A stretch of DNA of 64,000 bases from Candidatus Fimivicinus intestinavium (lineage in GTDB: Bacteria; Bacillota; Clostridia; Oscillospirales; Acutalibacteraceae), in contig DVKY01000113.1 of NCBI GenBank assembly GCA_018715765.1, forward strand, positions 2,282-66,281, given 5' to 3'. The notes below the pieces were generated by a model that saw only the letters and a program-made list of their open reading frames with translations, was not told where the DNA came from and did not search any database. The position numbers and the translations under genes were made by a program. Within the stretch, counting starts at the first letter, position 1. Each line of letters opens with the position of its first letter. Shown here in pieces: positions 17,582-26,866 of this stretch.

Positions 17582-19285
17582 TCATTTCTGCGCCAGCTTC
17601 TGGAATACACTGACCAGCGTGGACGCTTCATTTTTCCCAAAGGAGAGCAGCTCCTCATAGTGATCCTTTTTATAGAAGGGGCCGAAATCATTATCCGGGA
17701 TGATATATCCCACTGCGTCGTTCGCCATGCCGAACACAAGCAAATCCCCGGAGGAGATCATATCCTTCATCGGCGGCAGGCCAAATTCCTCGCCGGAATA
17801 GGAGCCGGAAGCGTGCATATTCGGCCCGTCAATTGCGAGCTCCGGGTTGAGCTCGCCCGGCATCAGTGCCACCTTGATCTGCCTGCCGATTTCGCAATAG
17901 CCAACCTCGGTGATTGCCAGCAAATCCCCGCGATCCTCTGTGGATTTCAGCACGGTATTGTCGATCAGACGCATCTTGCCGACGAGCTTGAAGACAAAGT
18001 TCGTCATCGGAAGCTTTACTTCCTGAAGGGTGATGTTGAGCAGCGGCTCCACCTCTGTTTCTTCCACCGGCGCCCAATCCTCGTACCACTTTGTATAGTT
18101 CGCCGGATCCTCCACCATTGCGAGCTCCTTATCCTCCTGCGCTTTATCATAAAGCACAGGATCCGCCAGGATCTGCTCTTCCGTCATGGTCATAGCGCTG
18201 ACGAATTTGCCCATCTCCCAGCCCCAGCGCCGGGTCTGCTCATGGCGCGGCGTCACGCCGTCCGTAACAAGCTTTTCCATCTGAAGGCCATCGTCGCTGA
18301 CACCGCGATTAACGCCGATCAGCCCGCCGATCGCCCCCTGGAAGAACATAAAGTTGTACCCTTCCTCGTTGATAATCTGCTCCATGTAGGCGGTATAATC
18401 GGAGGTCATGATATCGCCGGGGTTATTATCCGTAGTCAGCCCCGTCACCTCCGGGTGAGCGGATAGATTGACGATGCAGGTCGGCTTTGCATTCGCATCA
18501 TCCGGAACAAAGCGCAGGCGGTAAACCTCCTCGATCATCGTCTGCGGCTCGCGCTTATCAGTAAAATAATTCTCCGCCTTTTTCACCGCATAAAACATCC
18601 GGCCGGGCTGCATGCTCTCGCAGGCCTCTCGGATGGAAGCGGCCGTTTTCTCAAACAGGGATTGCATAAAGGCCGGATCCCTGCCGGAGAAGGGCTCCTT
18701 CTCCGCCTTATTGGTGGTAAACACATTTTTCGCAATCGCCTTGGGCAGGGAGCACCAGATGCCCTGCGTGTCAATCTCACTATGTACATGCGTGGTAAGC
18801 ACGTTAATACTCACGATATTCTGCTGCGCGGCATAATCCGCAAGCAGCGCGCGAATCTGGCGCACGTCTGCATTGGAAAGGCCGATGGATTCTATCACAG
18901 CAAAGGCAATCTTTCCCCTGCCGCTGTTATCATCCAGAACGATCGTGCGCACCTTCATATCATCAAACTTTTCATAGATCTCCTTTGCCGGGATGGTAAG
19001 ATACCCGCCCATATAATAGGGCCGCTCGCCTAAATCATCCGGCGTAAGGATTTTCTGTGAATAGCCGAGGCTCCACTTGGCCCCTTCGGCCGGCTCATCC
19101 AGGAACTGCGCATTGCCGGCGTAGAAATTCTCGCTTTTGTAATCCTCCTCATTGATCCAGTCCGGATTGTCGCACAGGCTGATAATCCCGATCAGCGCCG
19201 CAAACAAAATAATCACCGCGCCAATGATGCTTGCAAGCGTGATGCCTGTGATTTTCAACACCTTGAATACCTTGTGTTTCATCAT
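17582..19285 (-). CDS. Membrane-anchored extracytoplasmic protein, tentatively neutral/alkaline-ceramidase-N-terminal-domain-like
   Basis: One N-terminal TM helix (VLKITGITLASIIGAVIILFAALIGIISL). The segment MKVRTIVLDD..GKIAFAVIESIGL...INVLTTHVHSEIDTQG resembles the ceramidase_alk pattern, but this is from memory only. Strong SD GGAGGAGA precedes the ATGATG at 19285/19282. Confidence 0.5.
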   Translation of the reverse strand: MMKHKVFKVLKITGITLASIIGAVIILFAALIGIISLCDNPDWINEEDYKSENFYAGNAQFLDEPAEGAKWSLGYSQKILTPDDLGERPYYMGGYLTIPAKEIYEKFDDMKVRTIVLDDNSGRGKIAFAVIESIGLSNADVRQIRALLADYAAQQNIVSINVLTTHVHSEIDTQGIWCSLPKAIAKNVFTTNKAEKEPFSGRDPAFMQSLFEKTAASIREACESMQPGRMFYAVKKAENYFTDKREPQTMIEEVYRLRFVPDDANAKPTCIVNLSAHPEVTGLTTDNNPGDIMTSDYTAYMEQIINEEGYNFMFFQGAIGGLIGVNRGVSDDGLQMEKLVTDGVTPRHEQTRRWGWEMGKFVSAMTMTEEQILADPVLYDKAQEDKELAMVEDPANYTKWYEDWAPVEETEVEPLLNITLQEVKLPMTNFVFKLVGKMRLIDNTVLKSTEDRGDLLAITEVGYCEIGRQIKVALMPGELNPELAIDGPNMHASGSYSGEEFGLPPMKDMISSGDLLVFGMANDAVGYIIPDNDFGPFYKKDHYEELLSFGKNEASTLVSVFQKLAQK

Positions 19286-19482
19286 TCTCCTCCTCATCCA
19301 AGCAAATATATTCAACCCAATTTATGAATTTCATCCTTATTATAAAGACCCTTTTCCGCTTTGTCAAGCACGTCAGTGTGAAAACTGCACAAAAATAAAA
19401 ACAAATAAAAATATATTTTGCCGAATACATCGGCCTCAGCATGCAAAAAATTTCCGAACAGGCTTTCTATTTTGCAGAAATA

Positions 19483-19491
19483 TGCTATAAT
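19483..19491 (+). promoter_or_regulatory. Extended -10 element (TGcTATAAT) upstream of nagB
   Basis: tgctataat lies 39 nt upstream of the nagB ATG in an AT-rich divergent intergenic region. There is no good -35. Confidence 0.45.
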
Positions 19492-19529
19492 ATGAATTTA
19501 GACGATATAAAACTGGAGGGCATAGAGAA

Positions 19530-20252
19530 ATGGATGTAAAAATTCTGGAAAATGCACAGGAAATCGGGGCCGCAGCGGGCCGTATGTTTATCGAGCAGGT
19601 GCAGCAAAAGCCGGAAAGCGTTTTGGGCCTTGCAACCGGCTCCTCCCCGATCCCGACCTATCAATATATGGCGAAAGCGTATGCGGATGGGGATATCTCC
19701 TTCCGCCGAGTGACCACCTTTAATCTGGACGAATACTGCAATCTGCCTCGGGAGGATCAAAACAGCTATTATTCCTTTATGTTTGCAAACCTCTTCCGTC
19801 ATACGGATATCGACCCGGCGCGCGTAAACTTCCTGGACGGCAACGCAGCAGACGACAAGGCGGAATGCGCGCAATATGAGGCGCGTATCCAGGCGGCGGG
19901 CGGCATCGATCTTCAGCTGCTCGGCATCGGCAATAACGGCCACATCGGCTTTAACGAGCCTGCGGAGGAATTCACCCACGCTACATATAAGGTGGCGCTC
20001 ACAGAAAGCACTCTGGCCGCCAACAAGCGCTTCTTTCCGGATTCCGAGATGCCGCGTTACGCGCTGACCATGGGTATCGACAGCATCATGCAGGCAAAGC
20101 GGATCATTCTCATCGCCACAGGCGAGGCAAAGGCGCAGGCAGTTCACGATATGATTCGCGGCGAGGTTTCGCCGCACTGCCCCGCAAGCGTGCTGCAAAA
20201 GCATGGGGACGCGCATATTTTCCTCGATCCCGCAGCGGCGAGGCTGCTGTAA
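19530..20252 (+). CDS. nagB: Glucosamine-6-phosphate deaminase
   Basis: VLGLATGSSP, NLDEY and GIGNNGHIGFNEP motifs, 240 aa. Confidence 0.9.
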   Translation: MDVKILENAQEIGAAAGRMFIEQVQQKPESVLGLATGSSPIPTYQYMAKAYADGDISFRRVTTFNLDEYCNLPREDQNSYYSFMFANLFRHTDIDPARVNFLDGNAADDKAECAQYEARIQAAGGIDLQLLGIGNNGHIGFNEPAEEFTHATYKVALTESTLAANKRFFPDSEMPRYALTMGIDSIMQAKRIILIATGEAKAQAVHDMIRGEVSPHCPASVLQKHGDAHIFLDPAAARLL

Positions 20253-20325
20253 AACAACCATCCCCAAAAGCTTCATCGCCGCGCCGGGACGCAAACGGCC
20301 GGCGGCTGAAAAGGAGGTCATTATC

Positions 20326-20700
20326 ATGCTCTTCCTCTGGTATCCCAAATGCTCCACCTGCCAAAAGGCAAAGCAATGGCTTGACGAACGCGGCGCCGCC
20401 TATGAGGCGCGGGATATCAAGCTGCAAAACCCAACGGAAGCGGAGCTGCGCGAATGGCTTCAACAAAGCGGCCTGCCCCTGAAACGCTTTTTTAACACCA
20501 GCGGGCTGGCCTACCGGGCATTGTCGCTGAAAGAAAAGCTTCCCGAGATGGGCGAGGAGGAGCAGCTCCGGCTGCTCGCAACGGATGGGATGCTCGTCAA
20601 ACGGCCTATTCTGGTGGGCGACGGATTCGTACTGCCCGGCTTCCGACCGGAGTTGTGGGAGACAATGCTCGAGATTGGCACATACTTCACAAATGACTGA
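20326..20700 (+). CDS. ArsC/Spx/MgsR-family protein (YffB-like)
   Basis: N-terminal CxxC in YPKCSTCQKAKQWL, and the later LVKRPIL motif. SD aaggagg precedes the ATG at 20326. The longer track ORF from 20203 overlaps nagB and is discounted. Confidence 0.8.
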   Translation: MLFLWYPKCSTCQKAKQWLDERGAAYEARDIKLQNPTEAELREWLQQSGLPLKRFFNTSGLAYRALSLKEKLPEMGEEEQLRLLATDGMLVKRPILVGDGFVLPGFRPELWETMLEIGTYFTND

Positions 20701-20702
20701 AC

Positions 20703-20737
20703 ACAGCGGCAAAGAGAAAAATTCTCTTTGCCGCTGT
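20703..20737. terminator. Bidirectional terminator hairpin between convergent genes
   Basis: Perfect 16-bp inverted repeat: acagcggcaaagagaa / aaa / ttctctttgccgctgt. Confidence 0.7.
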
Positions 20738-20747
20738 TCTTATCACC

Positions 20748-22130
20748 TTAGACATGGAAGGGCAACCGTGGAAGCACGGTATCGTTATCCGCCGGCGGAG
20801 CGTCATACAGCACGCCATCCTGAATTACATCCATGATCCGCAGAATCCCCTCGCTGTTTTTCAGGCGGCGGATCACAGGCTTCACCCGCTCCATAATCCG
20901 CCGGAAAGCCTGATAAACAGGGGTATCCGGCGTATAGGGCTCATCGCCTGCATAGATGTTGCGCACAATCTCTACAAAGAGATCCTTGAGCAGGATGGGC
21001 TTTACCTCCGGCGCGATATCACGGGAGACGCCCAGCAGGGCCGCAAGCCTGCCGACAGTCAGCTTTTGCAGCGCACGGCCCGCCAGCGTCAGCGGCACAC
21101 GGAGCTTCAAAATGGTTTCCGCCTCCACGCTGAAGCCGCCCGCCAGGCGGGAAAGGCGCTGGATATCAAAGGCCATGGAATCAAAAATATCGTTGAGAAG
21201 CCGGTCAAAAACGGATTTTAGATATTCATCCACCGTCATGCCGTGCGTATCCCAGTCAAAGCGGTCGATATGGTCGCTCCTGACCTCCATGCGGTCGTCA
21301 TACAGCGTGACGGTGCGGATCGCGCTCGCATAGCCGATCAGGGCGCTGGTGTTGATATCATAGATCGTGTTGCCCTTCTCTGTGGTTTTCACAGCGATAT
21401 TCTGCATATGCGTGTGGCCGGTGAAAATAAACTGTACGCCCGCATCCGCCAGCAGGGTGGAGGTTTTTTCAAAATCCCCAAGCATATCGCGGCGGCTGAA
21501 CAGCGGATAAATCGGGGAAGGCGGCAGTACCGGGTGGTGCGTCATCGCAATCACCTCGTCACCCGCCTCATGCGCAAGCCTGATCTGCTCCAAAATCCAG
21601 CTGAGGTGCTCCTCAAAATATCCGCAAAACGCGCGCCCGTCGCCATCATCGTTGAGGGCTAGCAAGCGCCAGCCGGGGGCAAGCTGCACCACATAGGAAT
21701 GTGATTCTGCATGGAAGGCAATCGCCTCCTGCAGGCCGAAATCATGGTAAAGCGTAAGCAGCTCCTCCCGCGTGGTAGGCGTGGCGGGCGCTTCTGCATC
21801 CCCTTCATAGCGGACGGGATGATCGTTATAATCGTGCGTCGCTGTAATCAGGATCACCCGCTTGCCGCCCCCCTGCAGACGGCGCAGCTTCGGGATCAGG
21901 TCAAGGTGGCTCTCCTTCTCGCCGTTGCAGCTGACGTCGCCGGCGATGAGGATGGTATCGATATCGCTTTGCAGCAGCCAGTCAACGGCGGCGTCAATAA
22001 TTGCTCCGGTTTCCGCCAGGCATTTTTGATCGCTCTGGCTGCGCCACTCATAGGCGGCGCCGGAGGTCCCCAACGAGGCTGCATAATGATGCAGATCCGT
22101 GATTAGATGAAATTTGAGCGGAGCTCCCAT
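20748..22130 (-). CDS. Calcineurin-like metallophosphoesterase with ~200-aa C-terminal extension
   Basis: Motifs ITDLHH, GDVSCNG, ATHDYN, MTHHP and GHTHMQ appear in canonical order. Confidence 0.8.
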   Translation of the reverse strand: MGAPLKFHLITDLHHYAASLGTSGAAYEWRSQSDQKCLAETGAIIDAAVDWLLQSDIDTILIAGDVSCNGEKESHLDLIPKLRRLQGGGKRVILITATHDYNDHPVRYEGDAEAPATPTTREELLTLYHDFGLQEAIAFHAESHSYVVQLAPGWRLLALNDDGDGRAFCGYFEEHLSWILEQIRLAHEAGDEVIAMTHHPVLPPSPIYPLFSRRDMLGDFEKTSTLLADAGVQFIFTGHTHMQNIAVKTTEKGNTIYDINTSALIGYASAIRTVTLYDDRMEVRSDHIDRFDWDTHGMTVDEYLKSVFDRLLNDIFDSMAFDIQRLSRLAGGFSVEAETILKLRVPLTLAGRALQKLTVGRLAALLGVSRDIAPEVKPILLKDLFVEIVRNIYAGDEPYTPDTPVYQAFRRIMERVKPVIRRLKNSEGILRIMDVIQDGVLYDAPPADNDTVLPRLPFHV

Positions 22131-22136
22131 ATAAAA

Positions 22137-23174
22137 TCATACCCTTTCTTTCGCTTTCTTTTCACCGGCATACCGTACCGGCCCGGTTGTCGCCTGCGCC
22201 AGGAGCGTAGGGGTTAGCAGGATTTTCTGCACCGTCGCCTTTGCGCGGTTGTTCACTGCGTCAAGCAGCAGATGCGTAGCTGTTTCACCCATCCGCTGGC
22301 GATCCTGCCGGATGGTCGTCAATCGAATTTGCGCGAGAGAAGCATAGGAGATGCCGTCAAACCCGGCGATACAGAGCTCCTCCGGCACGGGAATCCCCGC
22401 CTCCTGCGCATATTGCAGCGCGCCCAGGGCAATGACATCGTTGCCGCAGAAAAACGCATCCGGCGGATGGGTACGCTTTGTCATAAAGTTTTTTGCCGCC
22501 TCATATCCGTTTTCACTGGTAAACGGGCCATGGCAGATCAAGCGGCTATCCGGCAGGAGCCCTGCCTCATGCAGAGCGCGGGAATAACCCTCCAGCCGCT
22601 GCAAATTGGAACGGGAATCCGGCAGCCCTCCCAGGAAAGCGATGCGCCTGCACCCACAATCCAGCAGATGGCGCGTAATCAAATAACCTCCATATTCATG
22701 ATCCGTATCAACGCAGCTGACCACCCTGGAGCCGCTGTAGTGCAGCAGCACTGCGGGCAGCCCCAGGTTTTCATAAGCGATATCCTCGCCGGCATCCTGC
22801 GCCGGTTTGAGGATCACACCGTCCACCCGCTGCTCCCGCATGAGCTGGAGCTGGCGCTCCTGCGTGCGCGTCTCCCAATCCGTATTGGAAAGGATCGTTT
22901 GGTAGCCTGCCTTTTCCGCCGTATGGATCACCGCCAGTGCGATATCGGCAAAGAAGGGGTTAGAGATATCCGGCAAAATCAGGCCGATGGTTTTAGAACG
23001 CTGGTTGACCAGATTGCGCGCAATCCCGTTGGGCGAATAATTTAGCCGTTTGGCAACCTCCAGGATGCGCTGCGCCGTCTGAAAGCTGACGCCGCTGCTG
23101 CCGCTGAGCGCGCGGGAAACGCTTGCATAGGAGACGCCGGCCTCCCGCGCGATATCCTTAATGGTAACGCTCAA
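22137..23174 (-). CDS. LacI-family transcriptional regulator
   Basis: N-terminal HTH IKDIAREAGVSYASVSRALSG plus a periplasmic-binding-like sugar domain. TTG start with SD GGAG. Only 6 nt separate it from the downstream phosphoesterase gene. Confidence 0.85.
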   Translation of the reverse strand: MSVTIKDIAREAGVSYASVSRALSGSSGVSFQTAQRILEVAKRLNYSPNGIARNLVNQRSKTIGLILPDISNPFFADIALAVIHTAEKAGYQTILSNTDWETRTQERQLQLMREQRVDGVILKPAQDAGEDIAYENLGLPAVLLHYSGSRVVSCVDTDHEYGGYLITRHLLDCGCRRIAFLGGLPDSRSNLQRLEGYSRALHEAGLLPDSRLICHGPFTSENGYEAAKNFMTKRTHPPDAFFCGNDVIALGALQYAQEAGIPVPEELCIAGFDGISYASLAQIRLTTIRQDRQRMGETATHLLLDAVNNRAKATVQKILLTPTLLAQATTGPVRYAGEKKAKERV

Positions 23175-23281
23175 TTTCTCACTCCTCTTCTGCTGTCTCC
23201 GGTAGATGCCTTAAAGCTGTTTCCCTGCTAAATAAACCAGTGGTTAAGACAAGTTGTACAGACAAAAGCCCCATTCTCTCC

Positions 23282-24307
23282 TCACAACTGTTCGAGCAGT
23301 GCCGCCGTATCCAGCAACACGATACGGTCCACGGGATAGGGGCACCTGTTGAGCAGGTTTGTGCTGTACTCTGTGGCAGCCGATTCAAACAGGCAATAGA
23401 CAGCTCCGCCGTGCACGTAGATCTGCTCCAGCATAGGGGGCAGCGTCAGAGTTCTTGCAGCCTCCCCGAGCGCAATCTCCCCGCTTGCAGAGGGCTCATC
23501 ATAGGCTGGGCAGTAGACATGAAGCCGGGAGTCATTTTTCCGCCCATAGGAGCAGCTGGCCAGCAGCACGGTCCGCTCCCCGGCCTTTACAAAGGCCACG
23601 CCCTGCGTCTGTGCCGGCAGCGCCATTGAGCGCTCCGCCGTGAGCACAGCGGAATCCCCGCTCACCTGCGCCCGGTAGCCATAGAGGATCCCCTGTGCAT
23701 CCTGCGCAAAGGTGCCCACCCACAGCAGGCCGTCATAGAAGGTGACGAGAGACGCGGTATTCAGCAGCCGGTTGGATGCGACCTCATACTCCACGCGCAC
23801 GCTGCCCGCACCGGAAACAGCTGCCTGCTGCAGCGTTTCGTAGGAAAAACCCTTGAGCGTTTTATCGCTGCTCTGGGCGATCCAGAGATACGTCCCGTCA
23901 TAGGCGATACCGCCCACATGGTTGATATTGGGCAGCACCAGGGTGGTCAGATAGCTGCCGCGATCCTCCCCCACGTTGGATAAGAGATAGACAACGGAGG
24001 GGTTTTTCTCCTCTGCGTCATAAGCGGTGATCAGCAGATAGTCCCCTGCCGGGCACATCCCCTGCGGCACCATATTCTCGCATGCCGTGCCGTCGATATC
24101 CGTATTTTCAAGCCCCGGCACGGCCGGCATATAGGCGGGCTCGTAATACGAGGCGAGATCCGGATACTTTTCTACCGCCTTAGAAAATGCCGCCTCATAG
24201 CGATAGCCCGTGCTGGTGGGCGTTCCGTCCGCCGGCGGGGCAAACCAGAGCACCACCTCGCAAATGAGAATGCACAAAAGCGTCAATACAGCGATCCATC
24301 TTTTCAT
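23282..24307 (-). CDS. Secreted or membrane-anchored hypothetical protein (possibly beta-propeller-like)
   Basis: Signal-anchor MKRWIAVLTLLCILICEVVLW. Strong SD AGGAGG lies 7 nt upstream of the ATG at 24307. Recurrent strand-like segments are present (GGIAYDGTYLWIAQ, LLWVGTF, VLLASCSYG). No family recognised. Confidence 0.55.
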   Translation of the reverse strand: MKRWIAVLTLLCILICEVVLWFAPPADGTPTSTGYRYEAAFSKAVEKYPDLASYYEPAYMPAVPGLENTDIDGTACENMVPQGMCPAGDYLLITAYDAEEKNPSVVYLLSNVGEDRGSYLTTLVLPNINHVGGIAYDGTYLWIAQSSDKTLKGFSYETLQQAAVSGAGSVRVEYEVASNRLLNTASLVTFYDGLLWVGTFAQDAQGILYGYRAQVSGDSAVLTAERSMALPAQTQGVAFVKAGERTVLLASCSYGRKNDSRLHVYCPAYDEPSASGEIALGEAARTLTLPPMLEQIYVHGGAVYCLFESAATEYSTNLLNRCPYPVDRIVLLDTAALLEQL

Positions 24308-24390
24308 TGCGATACCTCCTGTTTCATCGCGTATCAAAAGCCCGTCCATAGAAAAAAACAGATGGGTTAAAACCCGGCGGCCGGGCGCCC

Positions 24391-25365
24391 TTATGGCGTG
24401 ATATAGCGCTCCAGCCATTCATCCAGCACGCGCATATATCTCTCCGGGCTGTGCGTCAAAGCGTTCCCGTGGTTGGCTCCCGGGAATGCGTGTTTTTCCC
24501 GCAGGCCATCGGGCGCCGCCTGATAGAGCCGCTCCATCATGGCAAAGGGCACAAACGTATCCGCCTCGCCATGCACAAAAAGGATCGGCGTGCGGCTCCG
24601 GGCGACTTGCTTTAGCGCGTCTGCCTGCCGGATATCATAGCAGCCATGCAGGCGGGCCGTCAGGTAAAAAACCGGCATCAGCGGCTCCCTTGGGAGATGG
24701 AAAATCGTGCGCAACACATGGGCAAACTCATCCTCTGCGCTGGTATAAGCGCAGTCGGACACCGCGCATTTCACCTGCGGGGGCAACGTTTCACCGCAGG
24801 TCATACAGACGGTAGCGCCGCCCATGGAAACACCGTGCAACACAATTTGCGCATGCTCACCCACACGCGAGATAATTTCCCTGAGCCATACCAGCTCGTC
24901 AAGCCGGTCCAGCCAGCCCATGCCTACAAAGGTACCCTCGCTGCGCCCATGGGCGCGCGCATCTGGCACGAACACATCATACCCGCGCCGCCAGTAAACC
25001 TGTGCATGGTTTTGCATATCCCGCCCTTTTCCGCTGTAGCCATGCAGCAGAAGGGCCACCTTGCCCGCCGGGTTGCACTTCTGGCGGAACCACAGGCCGC
25101 TCAAACGGATACCGTCGCCTGCGATCACAGACAGCGGCTGCGGGCGCTGCTTTTCCCACCAATCCCGCTCAAAGCATTCGTTTTGAAAATCCTCCGCCGA
25201 AACGGGGATAAATTTCATCACAAAGCTGCCCGGCGCAATTACCGGCTTTGAACGGCGCATGATCGCAAAACGAAAAAAGCCCTCGCCAGCGCCTATCAAC
25301 GCCGCCGCCCCTGCTGCAGAGGCTATCGCGGCTTTTTGACCTATACGCCTTGCTTTCTGTTTCAT
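24391..25365 (-). CDS. Alpha/beta hydrolase with N-terminal membrane anchor
   Basis: Nucleophile elbow HGVSMGG, with downstream Asp and His regions (HGEADTFVP ... GANHGN). Confidence 0.8.
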   Translation of the reverse strand: MKQKARRIGQKAAIASAAGAAALIGAGEGFFRFAIMRRSKPVIAPGSFVMKFIPVSAEDFQNECFERDWWEKQRPQPLSVIAGDGIRLSGLWFRQKCNPAGKVALLLHGYSGKGRDMQNHAQVYWRRGYDVFVPDARAHGRSEGTFVGMGWLDRLDELVWLREIISRVGEHAQIVLHGVSMGGATVCMTCGETLPPQVKCAVSDCAYTSAEDEFAHVLRTIFHLPREPLMPVFYLTARLHGCYDIRQADALKQVARSRTPILFVHGEADTFVPFAMMERLYQAAPDGLREKHAFPGANHGNALTHSPERYMRVLDEWLERYITP

Positions 25366-26033
25366 TTTTTCCTCCTCGGATGAAAAGTATCGTTTACCGA
25401 AGCAATATAGAATGGGATACGGGTGAGATCAGATTCCATCCTTGCTCCGGTTGCGCACAGCTTCTCCGCCGACTGCTGCCCGTTCGGGATCAGGACGCAG
25501 TGGGCGCCCAGTGATTGCGCCATTTCAAAATCATGCACCATATCCCCCACTGCAAGCGTATTGGCCGGGCTGACGCCCAGCCGGTGCAGTAATGCGCGCG
25601 CACGCTGGGTTTTGCCCTCCGAAATGAAATCGCCCGCGCCGCTGACCGCGTCAAAATACGATGCGATCCCGAACCGCTTCAAATAGGCAAGCAGCGTCCG
25701 CTCATGAAAGGAGGAGACGATAATCTGCCTCAGCCCCATCTCCCGCAACCGGCGCAGCGTTCCTTCCGCGCCCGCCATCAGCCCCGCCGACTGAATACGG
25801 CGGTCGTAGCCCTGAATAAAACCGGCGGCCAGTTCTTCAAACGGCGTCTGCCGAAAATCAAATAATTTACGGTAATAGTTCTCCACCGGGATATCAATCA
25901 TCGCCCTGTATTCCTCCCGGTTTGTCGGCGTTTTACCGTGCAGCGCGAGAAGCTCGTTCATACCGGCCACAGCAGCGTCCAGATCATCCAGCAGCGTGCC
26001 GTTCCAATCCCACAGCACGGTATTGATCTGCAT
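25362..26033 (-). CDS. HAD-IA family hydrolase (phosphoglycolate-phosphatase-like)
   Basis: Motif I LWDWNGTLLDD and motif IV VGDMVHD. SD gaggggg precedes the ATG at 26033. Confidence 0.75.
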   Translation of the reverse strand: MQINTVLWDWNGTLLDDLDAAVAGMNELLALHGKTPTNREEYRAMIDIPVENYYRKLFDFRQTPFEELAAGFIQGYDRRIQSAGLMAGAEGTLRRLREMGLRQIIVSSFHERTLLAYLKRFGIASYFDAVSGAGDFISEGKTQRARALLHRLGVSPANTLAVGDMVHDFEMAQSLGAHCVLIPNGQQSAEKLCATGARMESDLTRIPFYIASVNDTFHPRRKK

Positions 26034-26046
26034 TTTGTTTCCCCCT

Positions 26047-26553
26047 CTATCTCCACACTTCCAGACAACGAACCGGATTCCCATGCGCTTCGATTAGCCG
26101 GTAAAGCTCGGAAAACCGCAAAAAGACGGTTGCACGGTTGTCGTTGGGGTGCACGCCGACCCGCTCCAACCGCTGCAAATCCACGTCAAAAACGACCTCC
26201 ACCGCCCGTTCCCCATCGTTGAGCACGGCAAGCGGAGTAACAGAGCCCTGCTTTACTCCAAGATAGCGCTCCAACTGCCCCTCGTCCGCAAAGCTCAGCC
26301 GGGAGCTTTGCAGACGGCGGGCGACCGCGCGTAAATTCACCCGTTTATCGCCGCAGACAACCAGCAGGATATGCCGCCTGCCACAGTGGTCGCAAAGAAA
26401 AAGGTTTTTCGGAATCTCGCCATGCACCCCAAGCCCCATTGCGGCAATCTCCTCCATCGTTGCGGCCGGAGGATGAAAAACGATATCGTAATCAATCCGC
26501 ATCTGCGCGAGCGCTTCCAGCGCCTTTTGGCGCAGTGCCAGAGCCGGCTCCAT
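26047..26553 (-). CDS. YbaK/ProX-like aminoacyl-tRNA editing domain protein
   Basis: Length and sequence pattern (DIVFHPPAATMEE... KNLFLCD ... GSVTPLAVLND) fit prolyl-tRNA-synthetase-associated editing domains. Confidence 0.7.
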   Translation of the reverse strand: MEPALALRQKALEALAQMRIDYDIVFHPPAATMEEIAAMGLGVHGEIPKNLFLCDHCGRRHILLVVCGDKRVNLRAVARRLQSSRLSFADEGQLERYLGVKQGSVTPLAVLNDGERAVEVVFDVDLQRLERVGVHPNDNRATVFLRFSELYRLIEAHGNPVRCLEVWR

Positions 26554-26796
26554 TCTTTTCTCTCCATTTCAACGGGATTCCCCGTGTTTTTTGTCCAATG
26601 CAACTGGATTATAGCATAAAAATGCGTTCCCTCCAAGCGAAAATGACGGAAAGCTTGAAAATGAAGCAAAAAAATCAGGCAACCTGCTTGAAATTTGCGG
26701 CTCTGCGACAGGCCTTCCAGCCCTGTAACCCAGCGTCCCATCGCCGCTGCCAGGGTGAGAGGCAGCCGCACTCATCCGCAGCTTTCGTCAAACGCC

Positions 26797-26825
26797 TTGA
26801 CAAGGAGAGAAAAGCAGCGTATACT
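26797..26825 (+). promoter_or_regulatory. Sigma-A-type promoter for aroF
   Basis: TTGACA (26797-26802), 17-bp spacer, TATACT (26820-26825), ending 41 nt before the ATG. Confidence 0.65.
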
Positions 26826-26866
26826 TCAACACATAAAATCGCTAAACTGAAAGGACTGGAATATAG

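Noticed and set aside
19374-19392. TGTGAAAACTGCACAA in the nagB divergent region as a Rex or CRP/FNR-type box
   Set aside because: Half-site spacing is one base short of both the Rex (7-4-7) and the CRP (5-6-5) layouts, and the right half deviates (TGCACAA against TTCACAA). It is too weak to call.
19485-20357. 290-aa ORF antisense to nagB. Similar antisense ORFs occur at 4193-5227, 17444-18466, 41905-42774 and 43573-44529
   Set aside because: Each is nested in a gene with strong family motifs on the other strand, and each has biased Arg/His/Ala composition with no translation signals.
26554-26796. T-box or other leader upstream of aroF, and likewise upstream of argS (7175-7300)
   Set aside because: The aroF promoter leaves only a ~40-nt leader with no specifier-loop or T-box (AGGGUGGNACCGCG-like) sequence. 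argS abuts the whiA stop codon with no leader at all.
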